Assembly (NCBI GenBank): GCA_946965045.2
Contig: OX337230.1
Span: 434,001 to 498,000, forward strand
DNA length: 64,000 nt
Reading direction: 5' to 3'
From: Epithemia pelagica
Taxonomy: Eukaryota > Protista > Bacillariophyta
Made by a program: the position numbers and the translations under genes. The notes under the pieces are model-generated. The model searched no databases. It saw nothing but the letters and a program-made list of their open reading frames with translations, and was not told the DNA's origin. Shown in pieces: positions 1-10,500 of the stretch; positions within the stretch are counted from its first letter, which is position 1; every line of letters starts with the position of its first letter.

Positions 1-615
1 TAAAAGCCAGGCCCGTTCCAATCCGTCCACAAGGGTTTGAAGCTCGTCCAAGGCGGCACGTCTCGTGCCATTGGACATGGGCATTTCCTGCAATGTACTT
101 TGCAAATCGGTCAATTGATCCACCAAGGTTTGGTACCGAACACGGACTTGCTCCAATTCCCGCGCATCCTGGTCCTGGTCCTGGTCCTGGTTCTTGTCGT
201 TGGGTGGGGGAGGCACGTGGACCAGTTCGGTTTGATTCGTGGAGGAGGAGGAGGAAGATACGGACGAGGACGACGATTCGGGAGTCGCCCCTAGTAGGGG
301 AGGAACCGTTCGTCTGCTTCGTTTTGGTGTGGTGGTCCAAGAACCATTGGTCGTTCTTCGTCTCGGATGGGAGGGAACCGCCACAAAGGCATTGGCCATG
401 GGAGGAGGAGTCCATTGGAGATTGCTTGGTTGAAACACAGCCACACGACTGCACCACCACCAAAGAATGCCGAGTCGTATCGTTATGGGGAACGAAGGGA
501 TGGTCGTCGTCCTGGTCCGCATGGAGGATGCCACGACTCTCCCAGTTCTTGTTCTTGTCCATGTCTTGGTGGTGGGGACGACGATTGGAGCGTTGGTGCA
601 AGAATCCATGGTCAT
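1..615 (-). CDS. Hypothetical protein, runs off the left window edge; coiled-coil-like segment, possible plastid-type presequence
   Basis: Hand translation of the minus strand from ATG at 615 is open to base 1: MTMDSCTNAP...LGILWWW...MANAFVAVPSHPRRR...DARELEQVRVRYQTLVDQLTDLQSTLQEM...LERAWLL. It is absent from the ORF track because it has no stop inside the window. Confidence 0.55.
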   Translation of the reverse strand, partial: MTMDSCTNAPIVVPTTKTWTRTRTGRVVASSMRTRTTTIPSFPITIRLGILWWWCSRVAVFQPSNLQWTPPPMANAFVAVPSHPRRRTTNGSWTTTPKRSRRTVPPLLGATPESSSSSVSSSSSSTNQTELVHVPPPPNDKNQDQDQDQDARELEQVRVRYQTLVDQLTDLQSTLQEMPMSNGTRRAALDELQTLVDGLERAWLL

Positions 616-1711
616 GCTGTTGTTGTTGTTGGAGGTTTTTGTCGTTCTCGTCGCTTGGTACAAAATCACACAAATGTTCTGGATATCCTTTTTGTGGCCA
701 GTGTTGTTGCTGTGTGGTTTCTATTATACCGAAGTAAAATAGGTAGTCGTCGAACTCTTGCTTGGTCGGTCGTCCTTCTCTTGCTTTCCGAGACACTTGT
801 TTCTCTGTCGCTGGCTCTCTACTAGGTAATAGATGCGGTCGTCTCCTCGGGAAACACCACACACTCTCACAGTGATTCGACCAAAGGACGACGAGGAGGA
901 GAGGATGAGAGGTGCAGATGAGAATACGAATAATAAAAGAAGAGAAGAGAGAGATGGTACTGGAGCTGGAGCGTCCGAGGGGTTGGCGCCGACCAACGAC
1001 GACGTCATGCCCGAGAGAGCGCGACTGCAAATCCCGTCCGAAACGAAAACTACCGACTAACGGTTCGATTCTGGTCCCGGAATTTTTTTGGTGGGGCCCA
1101 CAGGCGAGACGAGCGCGACAAAGTCCCGACTCCCGTCTCTCACCGGAAACTACCGTGGTGGATGCGTGGTCCCGGAAGTTTTGGTGGCGGCCCACATTCA
1201 TCACATTTTGTTATTTTTGAAAAAGAAACCAAGAGAGAATGAGAGAGCGGGAGCCACACGCAACAGGAGGAGCAAACAGTAGGGCTGTTGTGGTTGTTCG
1301 CTCCAACGCGAACTGTAAGTCGCCGTGTTGTGTAGTGTCGAGTGTATACGATTGTCGTTCCTGTGGATTCTCTCTCATCTCCCTTTTTGCTGTTTTGTTC
1401 GAGAGAGACTGCCGCGACGGTGGAGCAATCCAAGCACGGCTTCAACACACACACACGAACGGATTCACACAGCAAGAACAACAACAACAAGAAGAAACTG
1501 GTGTGTGCAACGGTGAGTAGAGAGAGAAAGCGCGCGTGAGTTTTGTCGTTTGGTTTGGTTGGTTGGTTGTCTCTCTCACACACCACACACGAACATATGA
1601 CTCGATGAGCGAGACGAGAGAGTTTTGTGGTTTGGTTTGGTTCGTTGGTTCGTTCGTTCGTTCTCTCTCCTTCGCGCACAAAATGGACTCGACACAGTTT
1701 TACATATACAG

Positions 1712-2932
1712 CGGCTGCATTTGTTTGGGCAGGATCCACATTTGGCAGATATGGCAGGTGAATTTTCGTTTCGACTATTGCCAGGGCTATTTCCATACTA
1801 TCTCTTTAAAATCTTGACGAAGTATCTACAAACACAAAATAGACTTGCGCCTGGAGTGTGGATTGGAGTCTTGGCCAATGGAATGAATGCCCTCTTCAAT
1901 TGGGCGTTGATTTTTGAGGCCGGGTGGGGCATTGCTGGGGCTCCCTGGGCGACGACTTTGACTCGCGCTGCAGAATTTGTCATGATTATTGGTTATGTTC
2001 AGTTTCAAAAGAAGAACTTGCGAGAGACGTGGCCTAGGTTTGACAAGGAAAATTTAAGCTTTGACGTTCTACGCCCCTTTTGGAAGTTGGCGATTTCTGG
2101 GGCACTCTCCATTACTGCAGAGGCTGTACGTTGTTCTTGTATCTTATTAACCGCTTGCTGACTATCCATGGACTATCATCTGATCTTCGGTGCTCGATTT
2201 CTCTAAACTGCAAACCAATAGTGGTCCTTTGAAATTACCACCATCCTAGCTGGTCTTTTGGGCGTGACAGAGTTGGACGCCCACATTATCACGCTGTCCA
2301 TTGCCACCTTTCTGTTCTTGAGTTTCCCATTTGCCGTTGGTATTGCAGCTTCGATTCGTGTGGGACAATTGATCGGCGATAAACGGGCCAAAGACGCACG
2401 TCGCTCTTGCTGGACGTCGTTCTTTTTCAGTGCCATGGCACAAGCTATCTTGATTGCCATTCTGCTGCCCACAGGCGAAATCCTGGGGCGCCTGTTCAGT
2501 ACAGATGCAGAAGTGGCGACCATGGTTGCCGAATTGATTCCGATTTCCTGCATTTTTATGATGGGAGACGCCATTCAGGCCACCGTCGGAGGAGTCCTGC
2601 GAGGTTTGGGTCGTCAAAAGTTGGTTCTATGGCTCAACGTACTTGGCTTTTGGATCTTTGCGGTTCCGATTGGAGCCATTATGACGTTCGTCGCAGGTTA
2701 TGGCGTGTACGGATTGTGGTGGGGCATGGTGATTGGCATCTATGCATCCTCCGCCGTTGGGATATGATTTTTAAGGGTCCGAGTGGATTGGCAAAAGGAG
2801 ACCCTGAAGGCAATTAAACGACTATCGACCCTCACAGAGCGGCAGACTACACGAATCCTGGCGGCAACGGAAGGAGATCGCCGCCTTGGAGGAATTGTAG
2901 ATGGATATGATATTGAAGTCGAAAGTTGCTAG
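1712..2932 (+). pseudogene. MATE-family efflux transporter, 5'-truncated, one intron (2126-2221), premature TGA at 2765-2767
   Basis: LFGQDPHLADMAGEF...KYLQTQNRLAP...ANGMNALFNWALIF...GIAGAPWAT; GTACG...AATAG intron joins AEA|WSFEITTILAG; RVGQLIG, GGVLRGLGRQK. After the TGA the same frame continues FLRVRVDWQKETLKAIKRL to TAG at 2930-2932. The N-terminal transmembrane helices are missing. Confidence 0.85.
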
Positions 2933-3151
2933 CTTGTTCATATTGTTGGAGCAATGTTGATAGAATCATAGAGCTACGAAATGCGCAAATAGTCTGAGAA
3001 AGGCCTTCGTCCTAACCTAGAAAATTCAGTTCAGCCTTCTCCCCTAGGCTCTCTTCCCTTCCAAAGTTGTGAGCTAGCTCGGAAGCTACGCGTACAACAT
3101 CGTTTGCGACGTTAGATAGAACTTCCGAGTCCAACTTGTAACTGCACAATG

Positions 3152-3177
3152 AAACTGCAGGATCGATCCTGCAGTTT
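3152..3177. other. Perfect 26-bp palindrome AAACTGCAGGATCGATCCTGCAGTTT
   Basis: Read directly; identical to its reverse complement. Confidence 0.9.
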
Positions 3178-3549
3178 TGATTCATTTGGATTCGGCGATA
3201 AGGCCTCTAATTTTTTCACAAGATTTCTAAAAAATTTTCACTCCGAGAGGAGTCTGTCCGGTGTACGGGATATAGGAATTTTACCGCACGTTGCAGGGTC
3301 TTTACAGAAGTCCCAAGTGAGTCACGCGGGACTGTAAAGACACGTGTCAGGGTGGCCGCGTGTACCACGTGTAACTCTCCTACTGGGCCGGCCTCATCTG
3401 CTCATTTTTCATCTATGGGTCGTGAGGATAGGTTGTGCAGCCGCTCTACCGCTGTGCAGCATATTTATTGGTGTTACGAACCATCAATGGCTGTTTTGTG
3501 AATTTTGTTGTTGTTGTTGTTGTTATTTGTTCCCCATCATATCCATGCC

Positions 3550-5412
3550 ATGGAGTTTCCAAAACCGATACTTGATGTACGGGTATCGGATGCTCCGAAC
3601 GAGCAGGTTCCTGCCATTCTGGATGCTGTGTGGCAGAAGGACGAGCGGTGGACAGCCGCGTATCGCACGTTTGCTGACACGCAGCCTCAAGCCGCGGGGA
3701 AAGGCGTGGAGGTCACTCAAATGTCGCAAAGTCTACTCGATGATGACACAGCTTCTCCTCACGTGGTTACTCGAAAAGAACAGAGGGATGTTGTCGAGTG
3801 CGCATTCCAGAAATCTCGGCGGTTGCTGCATGACGCCACGGTCACAATCACCGTACGCGGATCACCCGGTATCGGCAAGAGTTGGGCTTCCTTGATCTAC
3901 ATAAAAACACTCATGAACCAAGACGCAGAGCGACGAAGGCCAATCCTTTTTGAGAAGGGTCAGAATAATCAAAATCGTAGTTTGCTCTTGTTCATGTCAG
4001 AAGGCGACGAAGCCGCCGGTGCTGCGTGGACGGTTTATCGTCTCAAAGAAGGCATCAATCTACCAGCGGAGTGGCTCGACTGTTCCGTTCTCGACGTTGT
4101 GATCGACCCACCCTGGTTCCCTCCAACCGTGGAACCAACTCCGTCAAGACTTATAAGTTCACGTGGCCATCGCTTCATTCCCGTTTCTCTAGACGACCGA
4201 CACCTCGGAAGCGCCTTCAAGGCCTCCAGCGAAATGACCGAACTAGTGCTCGGCCCTTGGGATCTGGAGGAACTGAAAGTGGCTTTCCCGTACATGGTGT
4301 TTAACGAACCGCTTAGAGTGTTTCAAACCAACAAGCCCATCTTCGACAAGACGCTGTTCTTCATGGAAGAGAACTACTACATTTTGGGCGGACTGCCCCG
4401 TTATCTGAAAGACAACAACAAAAATAGAAAACGCATAGCTGAGATCACACCCGAAAAGGCTGAAACGCATGCTCCAGTGCTGCTCAATGCCTTGGCTCAA
4501 GGGACGTCTTTCTCTGATTCTACCTCCGAAAAACTATTAACGCGTTTCTTCACACTTCGTGCCGGAGAAGATGAGAATGGATACAATCCCAACAGGTTGT
4601 ATGCGACGCTTGATTTTGTCTCTCCAGGGGCGGCCAAGGCAGCAGGAAAGATTATTCTACAGAAGATTCATAAGGACATTATGTGGAGGAACCAACGTGA
4701 TGCTTCTGATATCGGTCTCGCTTTTGAGCGAACTGTGCTCATATTCTTGTCCCTTGGCGAAGCAGGAATGAGAAAGATCGGTATCAAAACCCGCTGTCGT
4801 AAGCTACTTGGCTCTGGGGTTGCTGGTACCGAACAAGGGGTGAACGTGTCCGAAAAACTTGATGAGAACAATGTCTTGTTTTCGACGACCGGAAACCATC
4901 CTTTCTACAAGATAAACGAATCCCCCGATGCTGCAGCATTTGAAGACACCGTAAAAGCGAATGGAAAGGGAATGGCGTATGAGGAGCGAAGCGACGCACT
5001 CCCAATGCTGAAATCATCGAAGTCATTGCATTTGCCTCCCGACGGATACTGTAACGTCGATGCGATGGTTGGGGCTGACCTTGGGCTTCAGACAACTTTA
5101 CAAAAGACCCACACCGTATCAGGGCCCGAGTATATTCGCCAAAGGAAATCCTTTGGTCTTTCTGAAGATGATCCCTTTTCTCTGGTTTTTATTGTGCCAC
5201 CCGAGCGGTTTGACAATGGTTGGAAGACTATTCAACAGTTCCACTGGAGTTCAGAGGCGGGTGAGGCAGCCACAAGCCGAAAGCGACGAAAGGTGGCTAC
5301 AACAACAGGTGGGTCCATTTCCTCGAATGTGGCAACCATCTCAGAATCAGACAAGCGGAAAGCGCGTTCGTCAATCTGTCAGTATGTCATGACTCTTGAT
5401 TTTGATAAATAA
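3550..5412 (+). CDS. Crinkler/RHS-type P-loop NTPase + restriction-endonuclease-fold protein, copy 1 (no presequence)
   Basis: Walker A GSPGIGKS, then VVIDP, LGPWDLEEL, GGLPRYL, GLAFE, LPPDGYCNVDAMV..LQTTLQKTH, LVFIVPPERF. This motif order matches CR-NTPase + CR-REase architecture. ATG at 3550. Confidence 0.7.
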   Translation: MEFPKPILDVRVSDAPNEQVPAILDAVWQKDERWTAAYRTFADTQPQAAGKGVEVTQMSQSLLDDDTASPHVVTRKEQRDVVECAFQKSRRLLHDATVTITVRGSPGIGKSWASLIYIKTLMNQDAERRRPILFEKGQNNQNRSLLLFMSEGDEAAGAAWTVYRLKEGINLPAEWLDCSVLDVVIDPPWFPPTVEPTPSRLISSRGHRFIPVSLDDRHLGSAFKASSEMTELVLGPWDLEELKVAFPYMVFNEPLRVFQTNKPIFDKTLFFMEENYYILGGLPRYLKDNNKNRKRIAEITPEKAETHAPVLLNALAQGTSFSDSTSEKLLTRFFTLRAGEDENGYNPNRLYATLDFVSPGAAKAAGKIILQKIHKDIMWRNQRDASDIGLAFERTVLIFLSLGEAGMRKIGIKTRCRKLLGSGVAGTEQGVNVSEKLDENNVLFSTTGNHPFYKINESPDAAAFEDTVKANGKGMAYEERSDALPMLKSSKSLHLPPDGYCNVDAMVGADLGLQTTLQKTHTVSGPEYIRQRKSFGLSEDDPFSLVFIVPPERFDNGWKTIQQFHWSSEAGEAATSRKRRKVATTTGGSISSNVATISESDKRKARSSICQYVMTLDFDK

Positions 5413-5456
5413 TACAATGAACGTCCACCGCAAGAGTGTGTCTTGTGTCGCGAACA

Positions 5457-5693
5457 TGCGAGTATAGCTGGGGTAGCAAGCTAATACCCGGCAACAAGAC
5501 TCATCAATCACGAATGATGAGCGACGTAGATGTGAACGAATGGATGGAATGACTCATCCAAAAGATATTGAAGAAAAGATCCAAGTGAATTTAGTGAGAA
5601 TTTAGGACTAACATAATAGTGATTATCAGAATAAGTATCCTTTTACGGATTGCTCAATGGGAAAGAGACCGCCGTTCTTTGCCACTACTCGCA
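5457..5693 (+). repeat. 5' LTR
   Basis: TG...CA ends with 8-bp terminal inverted repeat; 2 differences from the 3' LTR. Confidence 0.97.
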
Positions 5694-5706
5694 GGTTCTG
5701 AGCCCA
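5694..5706 (+). promoter_or_regulatory. Primer-binding site (half-tRNA-Met type), carries one substitution
   Basis: GGTTCTGAGCCCA directly after the LTR. Copy 2 reads GGTTATGAGCCCA, complementary to the tRNA-Met anticodon arm as in Drosophila copia and Ty5. Confidence 0.8.
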
Positions 5707-5795
5707 AGTATTACGCTGTAGAAGGTTTCCCAAGGTCGTACGGTGACAAGGAAGTGAGTGCTCTGGCAAGATAGGACAGAGAGAAGGTGAGAACA

Positions 5796-7538
5796 ATGGC
5801 GCGAGCAGAAGACTCGGCAAATGTTTCACCCGCTTCAGGTGCAGCACCGGCTAACACGGGAGACGATGAGGACTATCAAGACGCCTCAGCGGAAGATCAG
5901 ACTGGAACCGACAATCGGGAATCCGACTTTGGATTCCGAGCACTCGACGAAACGCTTCAGGGTCTTAATGAGAGAGGACAGAGAAGAACAAGCGATGAAA
6001 ACAATTCGGATAAGAGTTCAAAGAGCAATGACTACCCGTTAGATACAGATACCCAATTCATGGTTGGGGGACTGGCAGTTGAACTGGTGGAACCAGGTTC
6101 AAGGGGATATGGTGTCGCGGATCAAGGACCTCTATATCGGAAAGAGAACAGGGAGAAAATGTCCTCGGAGAAGAAGCAAGATCTCTTCAAGGAGGCCGTG
6201 AAGACATCGCAAACGAAATATACTTTCACGAGTATGAGTTTGACCGATGAAAAGAAATTGGATGAGTGTTACAACACTTCCATCATGATTTCCAAGACCA
6301 AGGAAACGCATATGGTATACGATATGCATGACGTGTTCACGATTGTGTTCCCCAAGTTGAAGGGATCCCGGAGTATCGAGTCTCGTACTGTAGATCTATA
6401 TTTAAATTATGAGGAAGTTACTCCCGATGAAGTTGCAGCAAGTTGTGAATGGTATCGCCGCTGGACCAAGAAGGATTGGTACCGGGAGAATTTGGTACTA
6501 ACCTACAAGCATCTGGAAAATAACATGACTCAAAGTCTGTTTGAAAAATGCTACGAACAGTTTGAGACTTACCCTACCATTCAACAAGGGGGTCCTCTGC
6601 TCTTCGTCATTATGATGAACATCCTGGTTTCAAGTTCGGAAGCCGCTATTGATCACTTGAAAGATTTGGTTAAGAATTTGAAGATTAATGAGTTTCAAGG
6701 TGAAAATGTTCTTCGTGTTGTAAGTTTGATCCGTGGTGCACACAAGCGCTTGAAATGGGTCAAGAAAGTTCCAGAGCGCTTTAATCAGCAAGTGCTAAAG
6801 GTCATGCAAACTTCATCCGTTGGCAAATTTAACTCTTACTTCCGCTATATCGAGCAAACTTACACAATGGCACGGGACATTGGTAAACTTCAAGGGGATC
6901 CTGATGACACTGGTGGTTTGGAAGTTGATGTTTTACTTCGCTTAGCCGAAACTAAGTATAATGAATTATGCAGCAGCAATGACTGGCACGGTTCTAAAAC
7001 GAAGGGAAAGAACTCCGTGTTCAATGCCCAAGAAGATGCCAAGAAAGCTGCCAATACTGCCTCTTCGGGCAATGGCAAGCCCCGACCAATTTGTTGGAAT
7101 TGTGGAAAGCCGGGACATACGGCACCGAAGTGCACGGAACCCCGAAACGAACAGAAGATTGCTGCGAACAAAGAGAAGTTTGGTTCTAAGAAGGCAGCCA
7201 ATGGGACGAGTTCCTCAAATTCTGGAGCAGGTGGTGCATCCGGAAAGTGGGCGCCTCCAAAGTCGGACGAGCGAAATCGACGCGTGATTGATGGAAAACA
7301 TATGTTCTACAACCATCGCACGCACCGCTGGGTTCCGGATCGGACGCATTCTTCCAACCAAGACGCGAGTGCTCATGCCGCACGAGCCGACAACGCCAGC
7401 ACGACCAGCACGCTCACTGGAGCGACTGGTACTGTGGCTGGTTCTACTGTCAATCGCGCTGAGCTCGATGCTGCAGTCGCAAACGTGGCACGCTCCGTCG
7501 ATCAGTCGCTCCGCAGTCTCGTGGAGCATTTCTCCTGA
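5796..7538 (+). CDS. gag: Copia Gag with CCHC zinc knuckle
   Basis: CWNCGKPGHTAPKC; QQGGPLLF; position directly after the PBS. Confidence 0.92.
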   Translation: MARAEDSANVSPASGAAPANTGDDEDYQDASAEDQTGTDNRESDFGFRALDETLQGLNERGQRRTSDENNSDKSSKSNDYPLDTDTQFMVGGLAVELVEPGSRGYGVADQGPLYRKENREKMSSEKKQDLFKEAVKTSQTKYTFTSMSLTDEKKLDECYNTSIMISKTKETHMVYDMHDVFTIVFPKLKGSRSIESRTVDLYLNYEEVTPDEVAASCEWYRRWTKKDWYRENLVLTYKHLENNMTQSLFEKCYEQFETYPTIQQGGPLLFVIMMNILVSSSEAAIDHLKDLVKNLKINEFQGENVLRVVSLIRGAHKRLKWVKKVPERFNQQVLKVMQTSSVGKFNSYFRYIEQTYTMARDIGKLQGDPDDTGGLEVDVLLRLAETKYNELCSSNDWHGSKTKGKNSVFNAQEDAKKAANTASSGNGKPRPICWNCGKPGHTAPKCTEPRNEQKIAANKEKFGSKKAANGTSSSNSGAGGASGKWAPPKSDERNRRVIDGKHMFYNHRTHRWVPDRTHSSNQDASAHAARADNASTTSTLTGATGTVAGSTVNRAELDAAVANVARSVDQSLRSLVEHFS

Positions 7539-10500
7539 TGGGGTGGCCGCTGGGTGGCATCTTTGGACGGTCCATCTGGTGTAGGCCGACCCTATCATCG
7601 CTATGGTCCCAGGAGGGAAACCTGGGTGACCTCTATCTTCTCATCCTTACTCGACTGTGCGCTCATGAGGGGGATGGGGGACCTATTTTGGCTTTATCTG
7701 CCGTGGTTATTCCTACTGTATCTCGCCTTCTTCATAGGCCTTTGTTGTGCCATGAGCTTGGTCGAGCAAGACTCCAAGTCCGGAGCCACAGCTGCTCATG
7801 CTGTGAGCACTCCACCAAGACCGCCGAAACCTCGTTTGAGACAATCGGTACGCTCCTATGGCCTCAAAATGAAAGCAAGACGTCGGGTTCATCGTGTGAT
7901 CTGGCGAAACAACCGTCCCTGTCTTTGGTACAACACGGACGACTGGGACAACTGGACCAACCCGAGAACGTCGTCTCCAGAGGGAGCGACAAACGACACG
8001 ACGAAGATTCTTCGAGACCAAATCTTTGGTGGATTGTCGCTTTGGAGTTTGGCCCTGAAGGACGATTCCTTGCTACCACAAGTCGATCCAGTTCGTCAGT
8101 GGCAGACAATCAAATTGTTGAGTCATGGGGCGTGGCTTGGAGCTGACCTTACAAGACGAAAGACCCCTTGGAAACTGATGTTGCGACAAAGCATGGTTGC
8201 AGCAGCCAATTTTGGACAACTGAAAAGTTTTCAAGCCGTCACTGTCCCGTTGGACCAGGTTGATTGTTCTGGTTTGAATAGTGAGACCATTGGCGAATTG
8301 TCACGTCGCATGACGGTGTACATGAGCCAACGAGAACAAGATTTGCTTCCCATTGTGATCGATTCCGGAGTGTCCAAATCGTTAACGCCAAATCTCCAAG
8401 ACTTCGTCGGACCAATTCAACCGGCCGAAATCTCATCGTTGAATGGATTGTCTGGAACGACAGCAGTCCGAGGTTTTGGCACGGTCCAATGGATGGTTAG
8501 AGACGTTATGGGGGTAGCTCGAACGATCAAGACGAAAGCATACTACGTACCAGAAGCCTCGATTCGCTTGTTCAGCCCGCAAACGTTCTTTCAAGAGCAG
8601 CAAGCTGGAAAACTGGTACTCGACCACAAGAAAACGCAGTTGCAAGTCCCGGATGGGACATGGTTAGAATTTCCATATAACGCCGGTAGTAATCTTCCCT
8701 TTATGCTCACAGGGAATGTGAATCAAATGGGACCTACCTTCGAAGATGCAACGATGCTGGGTGATGGATATTCCGTCAAGTCGGCCTTGTCCACGGCAAA
8801 TCACAGTAGATTGATGAATGTGGCCGACGAGACTAACCAGAACTTGACGGCATCGCAAAGGGAGCTCTTGCTGTGGCACTGGAAGCTTGGCCATGCCAAC
8901 ATGCAATGGATTCAGACGCTCTGTCGAGATCCAAAAGCAAACAGTCGACGGTTAGTGCTGGAGACAAAAGAAGCAAAGACAACAAGTTGCGTCATACCTT
9001 TATGCGCAGCTTGTATGCTCGGGAAGCAACATCGTCGGACGCCTCATTCGAATCACGGTGGATTGGTGGATGGGAAAGACAGTATGCTCAAGAGGGAGCA
9101 CCTTCAACCAGGAGATTGTGTTTCGATTGATCAATACGAATCAACGATTCGTGGCCGTCTTCTGCACACGTATGGAAAAGAGAGGACCGAAGAACAGTAT
9201 CGAGGGGGAACTCTGTTTGTCGACCATGCCTCTGGCATGATCTTCTTGGCGAACCAAGTGTCCCTTCGAGTTGGTGAGACGATCAGCTCAAAGAAGAAGT
9301 TTGAGCGGTTCGCGGAGGAATACGGTGTCAAGATACGAGAGTACCGCGCCGATAATGCGCCGTTTGGCCGAGAAGAATTTCTGAACCACGTACACGGAAG
9401 TGGTCAACGTATCAGCTTCTCAGGCGTTGGGGCACATCACCAGAATGGAGTCGCGGAAAGGGCAGTAAAGACCACGATGTCTTGGGCCCGTACTATGTTA
9501 CTACACGCGACCATTCACTGGCCTGAGCAAATGCATTTGCATCTTTGGCTCTTTGCCGTTGAGCACGCCGTCTGGCTCTGGAACCACCTTCCGAATCGCC
9601 GGACGAACATCGCTCCCCTCGAAATCTTCTCTGGCATCACATTCTCCGATTTTCACCACCTTCAGCGGAGTCATGTATGGGGATGTCCTGTGTATGTCCT
9701 GGATCCCAAGAAGTTGCCTAAATGGCAAGCCAAGGCACGACGTGGTCAGTTTCTTGGGATTTCGCCCGACCATTCTACTACTGTTGGTCGTATACTCAAT
9801 CTTCGCTCGGGATTCATCAGCTCACAGTATCATGTGGTCTACGATGATTTATTCTCTACGGTCCCTAATGCCGATTCTGGCGGGCTCTTAGATGAGCCAA
9901 ATTTGAACGGTGACTTTTGGCAACGCCTGCTAGCGGCGGGCACTGAATCTAACCTGCCTGACGAAGATGATGATGATGGTAATTTGGAGCTTGGCGACGA
10001 GTGGATGACCGATTCTGAGATTGCAGAACGGCATGCCCGACGTCAGTCACGTCCTCCTCGTCCATTGCCCACTCCACCTTTACCCATTGTTCCTGTTCCA
10101 ACGTCTGTTGACGGGGGGAGAGGCCGAGCTACAAGGAACCATGTTCGATTCCAACCTCCACTGGAAGAGCCAACAGAGCAAGGGCAAGGACCAGAACCAC
10201 CTGCAGAACCCAGTGAATTGTCAAGTCAAGATCAAACAGGTGGATTGTTACCTCCAGAGGGAGCTCCAAATAGTGAATTGTTGCCTCCAGAGGGAGAAGC
10301 CGACGAGGAAGAACATGAGATCGTTTTTGAAGACGACTCAGACGATGACAGCACGACAAGACAAGAAGAGATTGAACGCCGTAATAGGCATTTTGCCGAA
10401 CCCGATCCAGAATCACATGGGACAGGCAAAAGAGAACGTCGTCCCAATCGTCACTTGTTCGATGAGCGATTGTGGGCATCGACTGCTTACTTTCCTCGAG

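Larger units (their letters stand above)
3549..6392 (+). repeat. Segmental duplication copy A (partner 27209-30052, offset 23660)
   Basis: Same sequence from c|ATGGAGTTTCC to TCTCGTACTGTA; about 7 substitutions seen. Confidence 0.97.
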
